DNA of 56,522 nt, the filler included, from Basidiobolus ranarum (lineage: Eukaryota), in NCBI GenBank assembly GCA_040143965.1. It is 4 parts of 4 records of this genome, joined end to end, with 100 filler letters (N's around TTAATTAATTAA, not from the genome) between each part and the next. Parts side by side here need not be neighbours in the genome. Positions count along the whole stretch, not along the records: positions 1 to 14,089 come from JASJQH010007318.1; 3 more parts are not named here. The stretch is one strand, 5' to 3'. The notes under the pieces are model-generated. The model did not search any database, had not been told where the DNA came from, and saw only the letters and a program-made list of their open reading frames with translations. Of this stretch, positions 1 to 12,429 are shown piece by piece; position 1 is the first letter of the stretch; every line of letters starts with the position of its first letter. Position numbers and translations under genes: made by a program.

Positions 1-1826
1 TCATAAGCCTCTTTATCCTGGAGCTTGACTTGATGACCGTTCTTTAATCCTTGTTTCTGCTCAACATTATAGTGACTTCCTCCCTTGGGGTTGTTTCTAT
101 GGTTCGCGGGGCTTACACAGGTGGATTTGTAATTATCTACTGATTTACCGGTATTGCCTTTGGACTTGTCGTGTGCTTTTTTACCTTCAGCGGCAGATTG
201 ATCATTGTTTCCGTAAGTATGATCTTTCTTGGCAGACTTGTCCTTATTACCGATCTCTTTGTTGGTTGATTTCTTTCCAGAGTCGTGAAAATTCTTTGGT
301 TTTTCTTTACCCTTATAGTTGTCATTCCCGGTAGATTTATTCTTGTTGTCAGTCTTTCTGTCACTAGCCGATTTGTGATCATTCTGAGAGCTATATCCAC
401 TCTGCTCCTTTGGCTTGATCTTATCACTAGGAGCGTTCTCATTCTTGTACTCGTTATTGGCCGCAGGTTTGTGAATTTTCTTTGGTGTATCTTTAGTATC
501 AGTATTGTGGCTATTCTTTTCTGCGAATGGATTCTTATTTGCAGGGCTCTGTCGGTCTAAAGAAACAGCATGTTTGCTAGGCTTGTAGCTTTCTGAAGCC
601 TTTCCATTATCCTTGGGGGTTTTCTTCATGCCAGAATAGTTGTGCGAATCATCCAATTTATCACTGTTAGAAATCTTCTTGTCTTTCGCTTTCTCGTGGG
701 TCTCCTTTTTGTAAATGTCTTTTGGCTTATTGGTAGCACCGTGATCATCGCCCGTGGGTTTCTTTCCATCCAGGGGTTTTCTCTTGTGTTCTGGAGCTAC
801 CTCAGATTTGTCATTGTTTTCATGACTATAATCATCCTTTTTGATAGCACTATCAGGACCATCGTTATATCGGATGCTGGTATCCTTTGGTTGGTTGTGG
901 TCCTTTATCTTCGACCCGTCCTTGGCATTGATCTTTGGCTTATGATCATTATCTGAATTACGATGGCTATTTTGCTGTTCGTAATCTTTACCATTGCCTA
1001 TTTTGGGACTGGCTCTAGCTCCGGATTTTTCATTATTGTAGCTTGAGATTGCACCATCATCGCCGTGGTTATCTTTTTGCTTGTATTCTCGCACTACATA
1101 GTGACTGTTTCTACTACCGTGAGAGGGTTTATCCACATATTGATCACCATATTTGTACACTTTCTCGTTATAGTCAGGTTCTTCGGTAGCACCCACCATT
1201 TCGTTGAACGTATGGCTTTCTTCCTTCGAGTGATCTGGCTTGGATTCTTGGTCGATATTCGGTACATGCTGACTCTTCTCAGTCTTAGCATTGTCGTAGT
1301 CATCTTTGGATGTGGGCTTTTCGGGATGTTGGTATTCGCTGTGATGAACTTTGTTACCTTTCGAATTATTTGTATATTTGTCCATGTGTTTGGTTCCATG
1401 CTTCTGGGTACTTTCAACGTAATCAGTTTCTTCAACTGAGTGAGCTCCATTATGCTCCTTAGTCTTATGGTAGTCACCATTGGTTTTCTCGGAATCATTC
1501 TTTTCCTTCATATGACTGATTACCGATTCACTTTTCTTGTTGGACTCGGGATGGGTTTCTTCACCTACATGAAGGTACGGATGTTTCCCATTGTTGGCAT
1601 CCTTCGGCCCCGAATATTCTTTGTTACTACCATGGTCTATTTCTGGATGAGTGGTGGGTTTCTCATCGATATATTCCAAATTATCAGTCACCTGTGGTGA
1701 ATATTGATGGTTGGAAGACTCGGCCAGGAATAACCTATTATCCTCAATAGCTCCTTTAGGCATGTACATAATTCCAGCTGAGCATGAGGCAATTAAAAAG
1801 AGTGAGTTCAATAGAGTAGCTTTCAT
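1..1826 (-). CDS. Large secreted low-complexity (Lys/His/Asp/Asn/Ser-rich) protein, 3'-truncated by the window edge
   Basis: Manual minus-strand translation from ATG at 1826: MKATLLNSLFLIASCSAGIMYMPKG (signal-peptide-like), then a hydrophilic frame (e.g. EKNDSEKTNGDYHKTKEHNGAHS) with no stop seen up to position 1. Absent from the ORF track because it has no stop in the window. Confidence 0.8.
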   Translation of the reverse strand, partial: MKATLLNSLFLIASCSAGIMYMPKGAIEDNRLFLAESSNHQYSPQVTDNLEYIDEKPTTHPEIDHGSNKEYSGPKDANNGKHPYLHVGEETHPESNKKSESVISHMKEKNDSEKTNGDYHKTKEHNGAHSVEETDYVESTQKHGTKHMDKYTNNSKGNKVHHSEYQHPEKPTSKDDYDNAKTEKSQHVPNIDQESKPDHSKEESHTFNEMVGATEEPDYNEKVYKYGDQYVDKPSHGSRNSHYVVREYKQKDNHGDDGAISSYNNEKSGARASPKIGNGKDYEQQNSHRNSDNDHKPKINAKDGSKIKDHNQPKDTSIRYNDGPDSAIKKDDYSHENNDKSEVAPEHKRKPLDGKKPTGDDHGATNKPKDIYKKETHEKAKDKKISNSDKLDDSHNYSGMKKTPKDNGKASESYKPSKHAVSLDRQSPANKNPFAEKNSHNTDTKDTPKKIHKPAANNEYKNENAPSDKIKPKEQSGYSSQNDHKSASDRKTDNKNKSTGNDNYKGKEKPKNFHDSGKKSTNKEIGNKDKSAKKDHTYGNNDQSAAEGKKAHDKSKGNTGKSVDNYKSTCVSPANHRNNPKGGSHYNVEQKQGLKNGHQVKLQDKEAY

Positions 1827-2530
1827 CTTGAAGCGATAATAAATTGTCTGAGTGGTGGATTCTACTTTGGGATGTCTATCTAGGTGGTTGATAGTTCTGA
1901 TTTGAAAGATTCCTTCCATTTATACTTGCATTTCTCATCTAAAGTGAGCCTTATTCATGCGCCTTAACACCCCCCACTTTGACTAGATTAGTACTCATCA
2001 TGCACTCCGTATTGATCGGGGAAAGCTAAGCACAAATGCAGGGCGAGGAGTGGATGAGGCGTGTCGAGCCTGGATATAAACGGCTAGATCTTAGGTGGTT
2101 CAGAGAAAACTCTTTTAGTAGTGAGCAAAGTGATTAGACAGAAGAAAATATATGATCAGAAAGCAAACAGTGAATCGGATCTAGAAACTCTTCTCCTCAA
2201 GTACACCCACTCCAGTTCAAAATTTCCGACTATTCACATCTCCTGCCTAGATTAAATTTGAACTACTTTGAAAATACCATGTAGAAGAGATGAACTGAAA
2301 GTGGTTTTTATATTTTGATTTGAGATTCACAGATGGAACTAATTATTAACCCTAACTCGTCCATGATTTTGGTTCTTTTACCCGCCACTAATTTTATACC
2401 AATGGTCTCGTTAGTATTCGGGTTATGATAGGTCCAATGGATAAACCAGATTCCGAGCGACCAAACGTCATATAAACCAAATTCCTATGGATGGAAATAT
2501 CACTTTTCTCTATACTACTTCTTTATTCCA

Positions 2531-3837
2531 ATGGAGTATCGTTATCTCGGAAAGAGCGGACTTAAAGTTTCAGTCATTGGATTAGGTGGCTGGTAAGTTA
2601 TTTGGGTGATGCTTAATTAGTACTTGTGTATGTATGTATATTGATATTCTCTAACAATTATATTAAACTCTCAGGATTACTTATGGTGGTCAAGTATCCC
2701 AAGGTCAGTAAGACCCTTTTCTTTACTAAAGTCAATGAAAATGTCACCAACATTATCCATGTTCTAGACCTATGCTATAAGTGCATGCGAACAGCCTTTG
2801 AACATGGGATTAATTACTTCGATACTGCTGAAGTATACGCCGGTGGACAAAGTGAAATCGATATGGGTGCCGTTATTAAACGTTGTGGTTGGAAACGTTC
2901 CGATCTAGTTATCAGTACCAAGTTATTTTGGGGTGGAAAAGGTATTATTTAAAAGAAGGGGAAAGAAATAGAAGAAAAGTGGTTTATTAACTGAGATATT
3001 TTTATAGGTCCCAATGATAGAGGACTTTCTCGTAAACATATAGTCGAAGGATTAAACGCTTCTCTTCAACGTTTACAACTTGATTATGTAGATATTGTAT
3101 TTGCTCATCGTCCTGATCCTGATACACCTATGGAAGAAATCGTAAGAGCTTTTAATCATGTCATTGACCAAGGTAAAGCATTCTACTGGGGTTCGAGTGA
3201 ATGGAATGCCCAACAGATCACCGAAGCTCATCTCATCGCCAAAGAGTTGAAACTTATTGGACCTAGTGTTGAACAGCCTCAATACAATATGTTCCATCGG
3301 GAACGATTTGAAAAGGAGTACAAATCATTGTACAGTAATTATGGCATGGGCACCACTATCTGGAGTCCATTAGCATCCGGTCTTTTATCGGGTAAATATA
3401 ACGATGGGATTCCAGAAGATTCCCGTTTAGCCATCAAAGAGAATGCAGTTATGAATCGTATTCGAAGCGGTTTAGAGACAGAAGAAGGAAAGGCTAAGAT
3501 TAAGAAGGTCATAACTTTAAAGGTAAGTTATTGAAGAACATTTCTTATTTATGTAGCCAAAAAAATTCAGTTCCGGTTATAACTAGTGAATTCTTTTCGA
3601 ATCATGTAGAAAATTGCTGATCGTTTGGAATGTAATACCGCACAATTGGCTCTTGCTTGGTGTTTAAGTAATCCAAATGTATCTACCGCCATCACTGGTG
3701 CTTCCAGACCCTCACAAATAGAAGAAAACCTCAAAGCATTGGAAGTCATTCCAAAACTTACACCTGAGATTCTAAGTGACATCGAAGAGATCTTGAAGAA
3801 TAAGCCTATGGACGATTTCAACTTCCGTAATTCATAA
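2531..3837 (+). CDS. Aldo-keto reductase, voltage-gated K+ channel beta-subunit (Kv-beta/AKR6) type; multi-exon
   Basis: Exons read [90 protein letters not shown] introns; stop TAA at 3835-3837. Confidence 0.93.
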
Positions 3838-4244
3838 ATCCATCAATAAAGCCACCGTTTAAATACTTTCCCTTTATAAAACTGTCATTTCACTTATATA
3901 GATTCATCCTAAATTCCTAGCAAATCAGTTTATTATGTCGTGAATACCGACGAGTATATGATACTAGGGAGTAGCGAACGCGATGACAATTCATATTATA
4001 GCAGAGGGATGACTTGAAGAATAGAGTTGCTTTTACAAAGGTATTGGTACTTTTTAATGACTGATGTAAGTTATTGACGCAAAATACATCATTCGACGAA
4101 GAAATAAAGTTATGTGAGTGGGGTAGAGCGGGGTGTGTGGGGTGGGGGTTCCTTTGTTTATACATTGTGGGTGCAGAATATGTCAAGGAGTACATACTAG
4201 CTATTGAATCCCACAAGTTATGCATGGTAGCTATTAGTGGGTTT

Positions 4245-5498
4245 TTACTCCCGTTCAAAAATACCGCACATACCCATACCAGTACCAATGCACATACTGA
4301 CAGCACCAACCTTCTTTCCTTGTCTCTTCAACTCAGGAAGTAAAGTAGCGATTTGACGAGCACCAGTACATCCTAAAGGATGACCAAGAGCAAGGGCACC
4401 ACCCTTAGGGTTGACCTTTTTGGGGTCGAGGTTAAGCTTCTCGATACAATAAACAGCTTGCGAAGCAAAAGCTTCATTTAACTCAACGACATCAAGATCT
4501 TCTACCTTAATGCCAGCCTTTTTGGCAGCAACTGGAATAGCGAAAGCTGGTCCGACACCCATAACATTAGGGGGCACACCAACTACAGCAGCGGAAACGA
4601 ATTTTCCGAGAATTGGTAAGTTCAATTTTTGAGCAGTCTTACGTTTCATCAACAAAACTGCCGCTGCGCCATCAGATACTTGAGATGCGTTACCAGCGGT
4701 AGTAGTTCCAGTTTTAGAGAAAGCTGGTTTTAGTTTACTTAAAACTTCCAAGCTGACTCCCTTTCGAATACCATCATCAGCCTTTACAGTGACTTCTTTT
4801 TCATTACCATCTTTATCGGTAGCGTTAACTGTGACTGGAATGATTTCCTCATTAAAGTAACCTTTTTCTTGAGCTTCAGAAGCCTTACGATGAGAATCCA
4901 CGGCCAATTGATCCTGCTTTTGACGAGAGATCTTGAAATGTTCAGCGACATTCTCTGAAGTGATACCCATAGGAATCAAACAATCAGCAGCCACCTGAAC
5001 CGCATTCACCTTGTCAGATACGGTATCAGGTCTAGCATCAGGACCATAATTTAAAGTCATGGATTCCGCACCAGCACCAATTCCAATATCGATTAATCCA
5101 GTTTGAATGGCACTGGCTATTTGAACAACTGCCTGTAGTCCAGAAGAACACTGACGGTTCACAGTCATGACTGCGGATTTCTCCGGTATTCCTGCATATA
5201 AAGCTGCCATTCTAGCGACAGCGGCACCACCTCCTCTAGGAAGTACGTTACCAACTACCACGTCGTCGATTAAGTTAGCGTCAATACCGGTTCTCTCAAT
5301 GGTAGCTTTTAATACTGCTCCTAAGAGTTCTTCAGCGTGAATATCCTTGAAACCACCTTTTCTAGCACGAGTGATAGGTGTACGTAAGGCAGAAACAATG
5401 ACAACGTCCTCTGGTGACTTAACACCAACTTTGGTAGGAGTGGAGGTAGTAGAAAAGTGAGAACTCATTTGTTCAAGTCTTTGGCTAGGGTTAGACAT
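4245..5498 (-). CDS. POT1: Peroxisomal 3-ketoacyl-CoA thiolase, intronless
   Basis: Thiolase motifs VNRQCSSG, NEAFA, GHPLGCTG, CIGTGMG. Probable start is MSNPSQRLEQMSSHF at 5498, carrying a PTS2-like RLx5HF. The longer track ORF starts at a non-ATG codon. Confidence 0.93.
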   Translation of the reverse strand: MSNPSQRLEQMSSHFSTTSTPTKVGVKSPEDVVIVSALRTPITRARKGGFKDIHAEELLGAVLKATIERTGIDANLIDDVVVGNVLPRGGGAAVARMAALYAGIPEKSAVMTVNRQCSSGLQAVVQIASAIQTGLIDIGIGAGAESMTLNYGPDARPDTVSDKVNAVQVAADCLIPMGITSENVAEHFKISRQKQDQLAVDSHRKASEAQEKGYFNEEIIPVTVNATDKDGNEKEVTVKADDGIRKGVSLEVLSKLKPAFSKTGTTTAGNASQVSDGAAAVLLMKRKTAQKLNLPILGKFVSAAVVGVPPNVMGVGPAFAIPVAAKKAGIKVEDLDVVELNEAFASQAVYCIEKLNLDPKKVNPKGGALALGHPLGCTGARQIATLLPELKRQGKKVGAVSMCIGTGMGMCGIFERE

Positions 5499-6246
5499 AT
5501 TTGTTTGATTGGTTACAAGAACAGTAGAAGGGGAAAAAATAGATATATAAACAAGGACGAGTGATGGCTTGGTTTTTATGAAGTTGATGAGAAGAGTCAG
5601 TTTTATGGTGAATTTTTGTATGGGCACACGGCACCGGCGGGCCCAACTCAGGGGGGCTGTCTTTTTCTCTCTTACTAAGTAGATTCCCAAAGGTAGTATA
5701 AAATCCGAAGTTTTATTACACAAAAATCAGCTAGTCATGAGTTGATCAAATATCCATTAGTGAAACGATATTAGTCACGAAAAACTTAGGAAAATATTCA
5801 ACCCGAGAGTACTGGGATAATTCTAAGTAAAATACAAGCGATTTAACATCTCGTAATCATAAACTACAACAACAGATCGTCGTGATATTTACCCACGAAT
5901 TTTGGCTCATGTGAATTCTATACATGTGAAACTGAATCATGCACTTAGGCAGTATTGTTGCTTATTCATATGAAACTGAATGATTTAATGGGTAGAACAT
6001 AGAGTCCAATGATGTGCAGAGTAAAACAAGAGAAAGCAACACGCTATACCACTCACTATAAAACCATCCCATTCTATAGCATGTCTTTGAAAAAATATCG
6101 GAGATACTTGAGATGTCGCTATTTTTCTTTAATAAATATGTATCTCTGGATGTAACTACTAACATAGGCATCTTGAAAAAAAGCATACACAAGCATATAG
6201 GTGGAAATATATACTCCATTTCGTATAATCTGGATTCGTAATTTAT

Positions 6247-6933
6247 CTATGTCAGCTTCATAACACAATTGGTAAGCGCGCATTGAAGATTTCCTTCGTA
6301 TACTTGTGGAGAGCTGCAGATTGTATTTCGTGAGAGTTGAAGGTTACCACACAAATTGGGATCAGGTAAAGATGCTTGGATTACCCAATTCTTGAAGATC
6401 AAGTCGCCAGTAGTCTTCATATCAACAGGCGCATGAACTCCCAAGAGGGCTCTTTTTTGGGGAGTATTTAATACATCAACACTTAGAGTTGAAGTTTCTA
6501 AAGTTTCTTTGTTGGTAACATACAAATTCCAAACCGTATTAACTTTGCGGAACTGTATGTATATCTCTTGAGTGGTATTAGCCAGAAGTACATGGCTACC
6601 TCCACAGTTTAAAGTTGCTTCCGCATACTCCGGAGATATGGCTGCTTTATCTCCAGTAGAACCACAGTTAGTGTTATACGATAGTGTAGAACGTAAAATT
6701 TTGCTTCCTTTATGTTGTTGAATTCCTACCCAAGTCCATAAGGCACTGGGATTATTGATCGGTTTTGGAGGAACTATCATAATCACATCCATTGCTGTTA
6801 TCTCATTATCGCCACTAAGCATTAAGGAAGCCCCGAAATTTCCGTCGGCGGCACTAGCATTTCCAATGGGGACAAAGCTTAGAACATTAAGGAGTAACAC
6901 TACTGAGATGTTGAATACTGGGAAAATATGCAT
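6247..6933 (-). CDS. Small secreted Cys-containing protein, possibly concanavalin-A-like / peptidase G1-like beta-sandwich
   Basis: 228-aa intronless ORF with hydrophobic N-terminus ending ASA, six Cys, and the motif SALWTWVGIQ...KILRSTL. The fold assignment is a weak resemblance only. Confidence 0.6.
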   Translation of the reverse strand: MHIFPVFNISVVLLLNVLSFVPIGNASAADGNFGASLMLSGDNEITAMDVIMIVPPKPINNPSALWTWVGIQQHKGSKILRSTLSYNTNCGSTGDKAAISPEYAEATLNCGGSHVLLANTTQEIYIQFRKVNTVWNLYVTNKETLETSTLSVDVLNTPQKRALLGVHAPVDMKTTGDLIFKNWVIQASLPDPNLCGNLQLSRNTICSSPQVYEGNLQCALTNCVMKLT

Positions 6934-7475
6934 TGACGGAAGAGATTGATGATTATGTATCTAAAGTCACGTATTAAAGTATGGGCTATACGGTATTTCC
7001 TATGAATGGAAAGAACATTGGGAAACCGATTTCATATCATGTTAAGGTAGTAGCCCATATTGTAATATCACTCACTATAGCCATGAAGGCAGAAGAAAAA
7101 TTCCATGATTCCTAAATCGGGAAATCATTCGCATTCTTAGAAAAGTTTAAGTTATTTAGAAATCTACAAATCAGTAATCATGGCTCTTAGATCTAGTATA
7201 TATAATGAAGCAGCAAATCATTTATACTTGGAGACATTCATATTCTTGTACTCAAATCGATCTGCTGACTGTAGAATTCCCAAAAGATGTTACTAGGTTT
7301 AGAATACAGTATGTCCTCAAGGTTAGGCTTTATCTCGGAGTCAAATGAAAAGGTCAAAATACATAGTCGTGAGAAGTAATAGATAAATTGAAGAGAATTG
7401 AGTGTGGAAGAATTATTAAAAGGTCGATGATGGGGCTCTTGGACGCACTTCGAAGTAAAACGTATATAACTTTGT

Positions 7476-8172
7476 CTACTCCAGCTTATCCAGATGATCA
7501 AGACGAGTCAAAATGATGTTTTTGTTCGTTTCTTGTATTTCTCCAGCTAGGAAAACTTCATCTAAGATAGAATAAACCTATGAAGCAATATACGTATCCA
7601 TCAGTCATAAGGTCAATCAACTATTTTGAAGTAGAATATTTACCTTGTAAAAGTTGAAGACTAAATCCAATTCACATACGTTTCCAAAGAAAGCGTCCAG
7701 CACTTCAACAAAAAAATGAATTGCTTCAAGATAAGCTAGCTCATTATCGTTCATATCCACACATAAGCAGAAAAATAAACCAGCGTAACGACGATACACG
7801 ATTTTGTAATTACGAAACTATAATAATAACAAAAGGAAAGTGTTATACTTGGATACATCAGGTAAAATTTCAACATACATCAACAGATGCTTCACAAATT
7901 TCAACTGCAAATGATGCTTAGACAAAAAGGTTGGTAAAAATACCTCGATGAAGTTGGATTGGTGTTTTTGGTCTCGGGGTGCAATAAGTCTATGTACTTC
8001 TCCTTTTAATTTGATCTTTTCGTCATCTTCAAAAGGCACGTACCATTTCGACAAACGTGTTTTACCTTGACGATTCTGAACAAGAATAAAGCGTATCTAT
8101 AGGTGATATTTTTTTGAAGGAAGGGTTTATCAAACTATTCCAGATAAAATGTCTTTCGAATTCGCTTACCAT
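7476..8172 (-). CDS. APS2: AP-2 clathrin adaptor sigma subunit; multi-exon
   Basis: ATG at 8172 directly followed by a GTAAGC intron. Exons [58 protein letters not shown]...LDKLE*; stop at 7476-7478. Confidence 0.93.
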
Positions 8173-8490
8173 TTCGTATATTTCTGCAAGTCTATTATTT
8201 CACAAGTTGTCTGCTCTTGGAAAGAATGAAGATACCTGCTCTGAAATCGACTGAGTCATGTGACCAACCAAAGGAACATTAACGTTTACGACTGGATAGA
8301 TCGGTGAAACATAAGTTCTTTGCATATAGTTGAATATATGGTTTTTATTTTAACATAAATGATTGAAATCAAAGCTTACGTAGTACGAAGTAAAGAGAGC
8401 TTCAAACATACGTAAAAACTATCTACAGGAAGGACATTAACAGAATTATTTTGCGAGATGAGAAAATAGCGAAGGAAATTATAGAGTAGT

Positions 8491-8889
8491 TTATAATTCT
8501 TGAGATTCTCCTTCCTTCTTGGACTTCTTGGGCAACAAACTTCCGTGAATGTTGGGGAGGACACCACCTTGGGCAATGGTGACATTGCTTAAAAGCTTGT
8601 TCAACTCTTCATCGTTACGGATGGCAAGTTGCAAGTGACGAGGAATGATTCTGGTCTTCTTGTTATCACGGGCAGCGTTTCCTGCCAATTCGAGGATTTC
8701 GGCAGCGAGGTATTCGAGAACAGCAGCGAGATACACGGGGGCACCAGCAGCAATACGTTGAGAGTAGTTACCCTTACGCAAGTGACGGTGAATACGACCA
8801 ACAGGGAATTGAAGACCTGCCTTGCTAGAACGAGACTTGGATCCGCCAGAAACGGCCTTACCACTTTTACCACCAGCTTTACCAGACAT
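8491..8889 (-). CDS. HTA1: Histone H2A with C-terminal SQEL
   Basis: [53 protein letters not shown]; ends SQEL; intronless. Confidence 0.98.
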   Translation of the reverse strand: MSGKAGGKSGKAVSGGSKSRSSKAGLQFPVGRIHRHLRKGNYSQRIAAGAPVYLAAVLEYLAAEILELAGNAARDNKKTRIIPRHLQLAIRNDEELNKLLSNVTIAQGGVLPNIHGSLLPKKSKKEGESQEL

Positions 8890-9060
8890 ATTAGAATAGA
8901 TTTAACAGTATCGAGACTTGGATTGAGCAATATTGGGGGTGATAGGAGCTCTTTTATAACAATTACGATGACTTGAGACCAGCCAATCAATGACACTAAA
9001 AGTATAAAATCCAAAATATTGTCACACTTGATCAATAATCGATTTTGATCATCAAACTAC

Positions 9061-9123
9061 CGCGTTTGACGCGTTCTTGTAATATCAATTTAGAATTCAA
9101 TTCGATCGGACACCCTTACGCGT
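9061..9123. promoter_or_regulatory. MCB-like (ACGCGT) elements upstream of histone H2A
   Basis: ACGCGT at 9069-9074 and 9118-9123 plus CGCGT at 9061-9065, 170-235 bp upstream of the H2A start in AT-rich sequence. Confidence 0.5.
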
Positions 9124-9534
9124 ACTTTAATCCAAATCAATTGCCTAATATTTTCGCTTTAGTAAGTAAATGCCATTACCAAGAATTTGTTAGAAATACT
9201 TGCTAATTATCAAAATTGAAAAGTTTAGTATTTCGATTTTACCAAATTACAGCATGTCTCGCAGTTTATATTACCAATTTGAATTAAATATGTTCCTTAC
9301 CAGAATTCAAGTTTCCATTTATACCTATTACGTACGTTGTTTCGAAAATAGTGAACAATTTAACAATACTGATTATAATTTTACTGAACAAGTCGTTCGC
9401 AATTACTGATATACAGGTCACTACGTGTTTATTAATTCATAAAAATACATACAAAATGAAGTTCAATGCAGGAATATTAGCAAATGTTCCCTTCCATAGC
9501 CCTAACTATGGGATATGAGAATGAAAATAGCTTA

Positions 9535-11430
9535 TCAATTCTGACCGGCACTACTAGCACGTTTAGTTGATTGATTATTCTCGCGATTCACTTCTTCGTT
9601 TGCGAATTCTTCCATTAGCTGACGTTGTTTAAGTGTCATATTCCTACACAATATATCAAATGGAGTGAATTTCTTTTTTCAAAGGTCAAGGTTGATTATG
9701 TATGTGTGTACCTTGGGATCTCCACCTTTAGTTTAACGTATTGATTTCCATGAGCGTTACGATTTAAGATTTTAACTCCACGGTCGCGTATGACAGAAAT
9801 GTCATCAGATTGAGTGCCGGCTGGAATTTTAAGTTCCACTTGACCATCGATCGTTGGAACTCGAATGAAACCGCCAAGTGCAGCTTTGTGAAGAGGGATA
9901 GTGGCATCAACGTATATGTCCGCACCTTTCCTTTTAAAGATGTTCGAAGGGGATACCTTAAGTTTAACAAACAGATCCCCGGCTGGACCGTTTCCATAGA
10001 GTGGAGCATCACCATTTCCAGCTACTCGTATTTTAACACCATCATCTGCCCCTAGAGATTGGGTTAATTTTGTCAATGATACGAATTGGATAGTTTATAA
10101 CAATACTACCTGCTGGAACATTAACGGTAATCGTTTTATGCTTTCTGACCCTTCCCATACCATTACATATATTACATTTGCACTCGGGGGGAATGTACAT
10201 ACCCTCCCCATGACAAGCATTGCAGGGACTTGCAAACATCCCAAAGTTTGAGGTGTAAGAGGTCTGACCAGTTCCTCCACACTGGACGCATGCTTCCTTT
10301 TTCTTACCCAGTTTTAAGCCTTCACCCTTACATGATTCACATGTGGCAACTGGGGTTACTGTGATATTACATTTAGTTCCCTTGACCGCATCCATAAAAT
10401 CGACAGTTAAAGGAACCTTGATATAAGGAGATCGAGATGTTACCAGTGTAATTTCAATTAAGAATCAATAACAATTACAAAATTAACATACCTCCACATT
10501 ATTTCCTGATTGATATACACCACGATGGGTTTTTCTCTGGAAACCACCTCGGCCACCAAAGATATTCCCAAATATATCATCGGCGTTGAATCCGCTAAAC
10601 CCCTCAAACCCTTCAGAATAGAATCCACCTGGGTTTGCATTTGAAGTATAACCTTGAGAGCCACCAAAAGGGTTTTCTGCAACATAATTAAAGTCGGGTC
10701 AGTTTACATGACTGGGGACTACAAGAATTGCCAGTATTTACCACTAGAGCGTCCGAATTGATCATAATCAGCACGCCTTTTGTCGTCAGATAAGATCTAA
10801 AGGTCGCATTAGATAGAGTGAAGATATATCCAAAAATAACTCATAAATGTATGTACCTGATACGCCTCCTGTACTTTAACGAATTTCTCCTGGGCCCCGT
10901 CATCTTTTTTGTTGCTATCTGGATGATATTTTTTTGCCAGCTAAACTGAAGTTAGTGTTTGATTTGAAAAGTTTCGTAAGAAATAAGCATATCAACCTGA
11001 AAATAGGCTTTTTTAATATCACTTTTTGTTGAGTCTTTCGAAACACCCAATACTTTGTAGGGGTCCTCTTTCAACTCTCTTGTCGGTGCTATAGACAATG
11101 AATATTGTAATTCAAATCCAACAAGTGAAAAGGAGTGTCATGAGTTACCTGTAGAATGAAAGTTTCGCTTTTGATCGACAGAGTTGGTGTTGATGCATGC
11201 GGAAGAACGGAAATCTAACGTGAAACGTTCTAAGTAATTTGGTCTTCTAACAAATAAAATGAAAATAAATTTGGCTAAAACATACCTAAGAACCTTTTGT
11301 CTGCAAAGAAAATCCCGTCATTATTACGAGATTGCTTTGTTACTGTTGAGGTAAACTTACGGGAAATATTTGAAGTGCAACTCTGTTTGGCCTTTTGTGA
11401 AACACGGGGTAGAAAACGATTTGCGAGCAT
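9535..11430 (-). CDS. MDJ1: Mitochondrial type-I DnaJ/Hsp40; multi-exon
   Basis: Basic N-terminal presequence [16 protein letters not shown]-domain ([14 protein letters not shown]), G/F region, CxxCxGxG zinc-finger repeats, C-terminal GDLFVKL...[11 protein letters not shown]; stop TGA at 9535-9537. Confidence 0.88.
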
Positions 11431-12429
11431 TGTATTCAATGGAGAGAATTGGCTATGTAATATCCCAAGTAATACTTATTACTTATAGCTTTATTTTCTT
11501 TCTTACAGAGTAATTTCACTTCTCTTTAGTGTTTATCAAGAAATGAGAGTACCAGATTCAAGCTTCTATAGTACTATATATCTTTCGTTACCTTAATACA
11601 TCCCACATCATGGCAGTCCAACTCAGAGATTTCGGAATTTTATTCCATCACGTGTCAACATTTCTCTTTACCAAAGGTAAATTAGACTCAATCCTATTTG
11701 ATTATCAAGAAGTAGCAATGATAAACGATATTGCGTCACAAAAATATTAACCAAAAGTAGAAATGAATATTTACCCAACATGTTCCAGGATGTTTCTGGT
11801 AAAATCTCGAATATTATGAGGAAAGGTGAGAGTGAAGGTTTGTCATTATTAATCTTATTGAATCATTTTTCAACGATGTATCACAAGTCATGGGATGTTG
11901 GTTTTATTAGTATGGAGCAGTGTGACATATAATTCAATAGTGTGGAGAATAGTGTGGGCCATAGGAAAGAACGGGCCAAACGGAATCATCAATAGTAAGA
12001 ATAGTGAGAATAATGAGCTTCTGCTAACTCAATCAGTAGATATTTCATTACGATATAGGCTGGAAAGCATTCAGATAATGATGAGGATTTCCCTAACACT
12101 ATAATTATTACTAGTTAGTGCTCCATATAGTTACTATGGTTAAATAGTTACTACAGTTTAATCAAGAATCATTATTTGTATGGGATAATGGTAGAATATC
12201 TTAACCCATTTACTTTATTGATTAAACCAGAAATCTGGGTATCAATAGTGCTATTAATATACATCAGCTCATACGTTGGTTATCAAGTAGACGTATTACT
12301 CTTTTGTAACACATTCTTTTCAAAAGTGGTACCAAAGTAGAGAACCTTTCATTTGACATCTTAATATTATTCAAGGATATCTCCTGCCAAATTTCTTCAA
12401 TCATCAACCACCTAGAACCAAACATCTTT

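Noticed and set aside
137..1700. Several hydrophobic plus-strand ORFs and Thr/Ile/Met-rich minus-strand ORFs in the track
   Set aside because: Antisense and off-frame shadows of the long hydrophilic minus-strand CDS starting at 1826.
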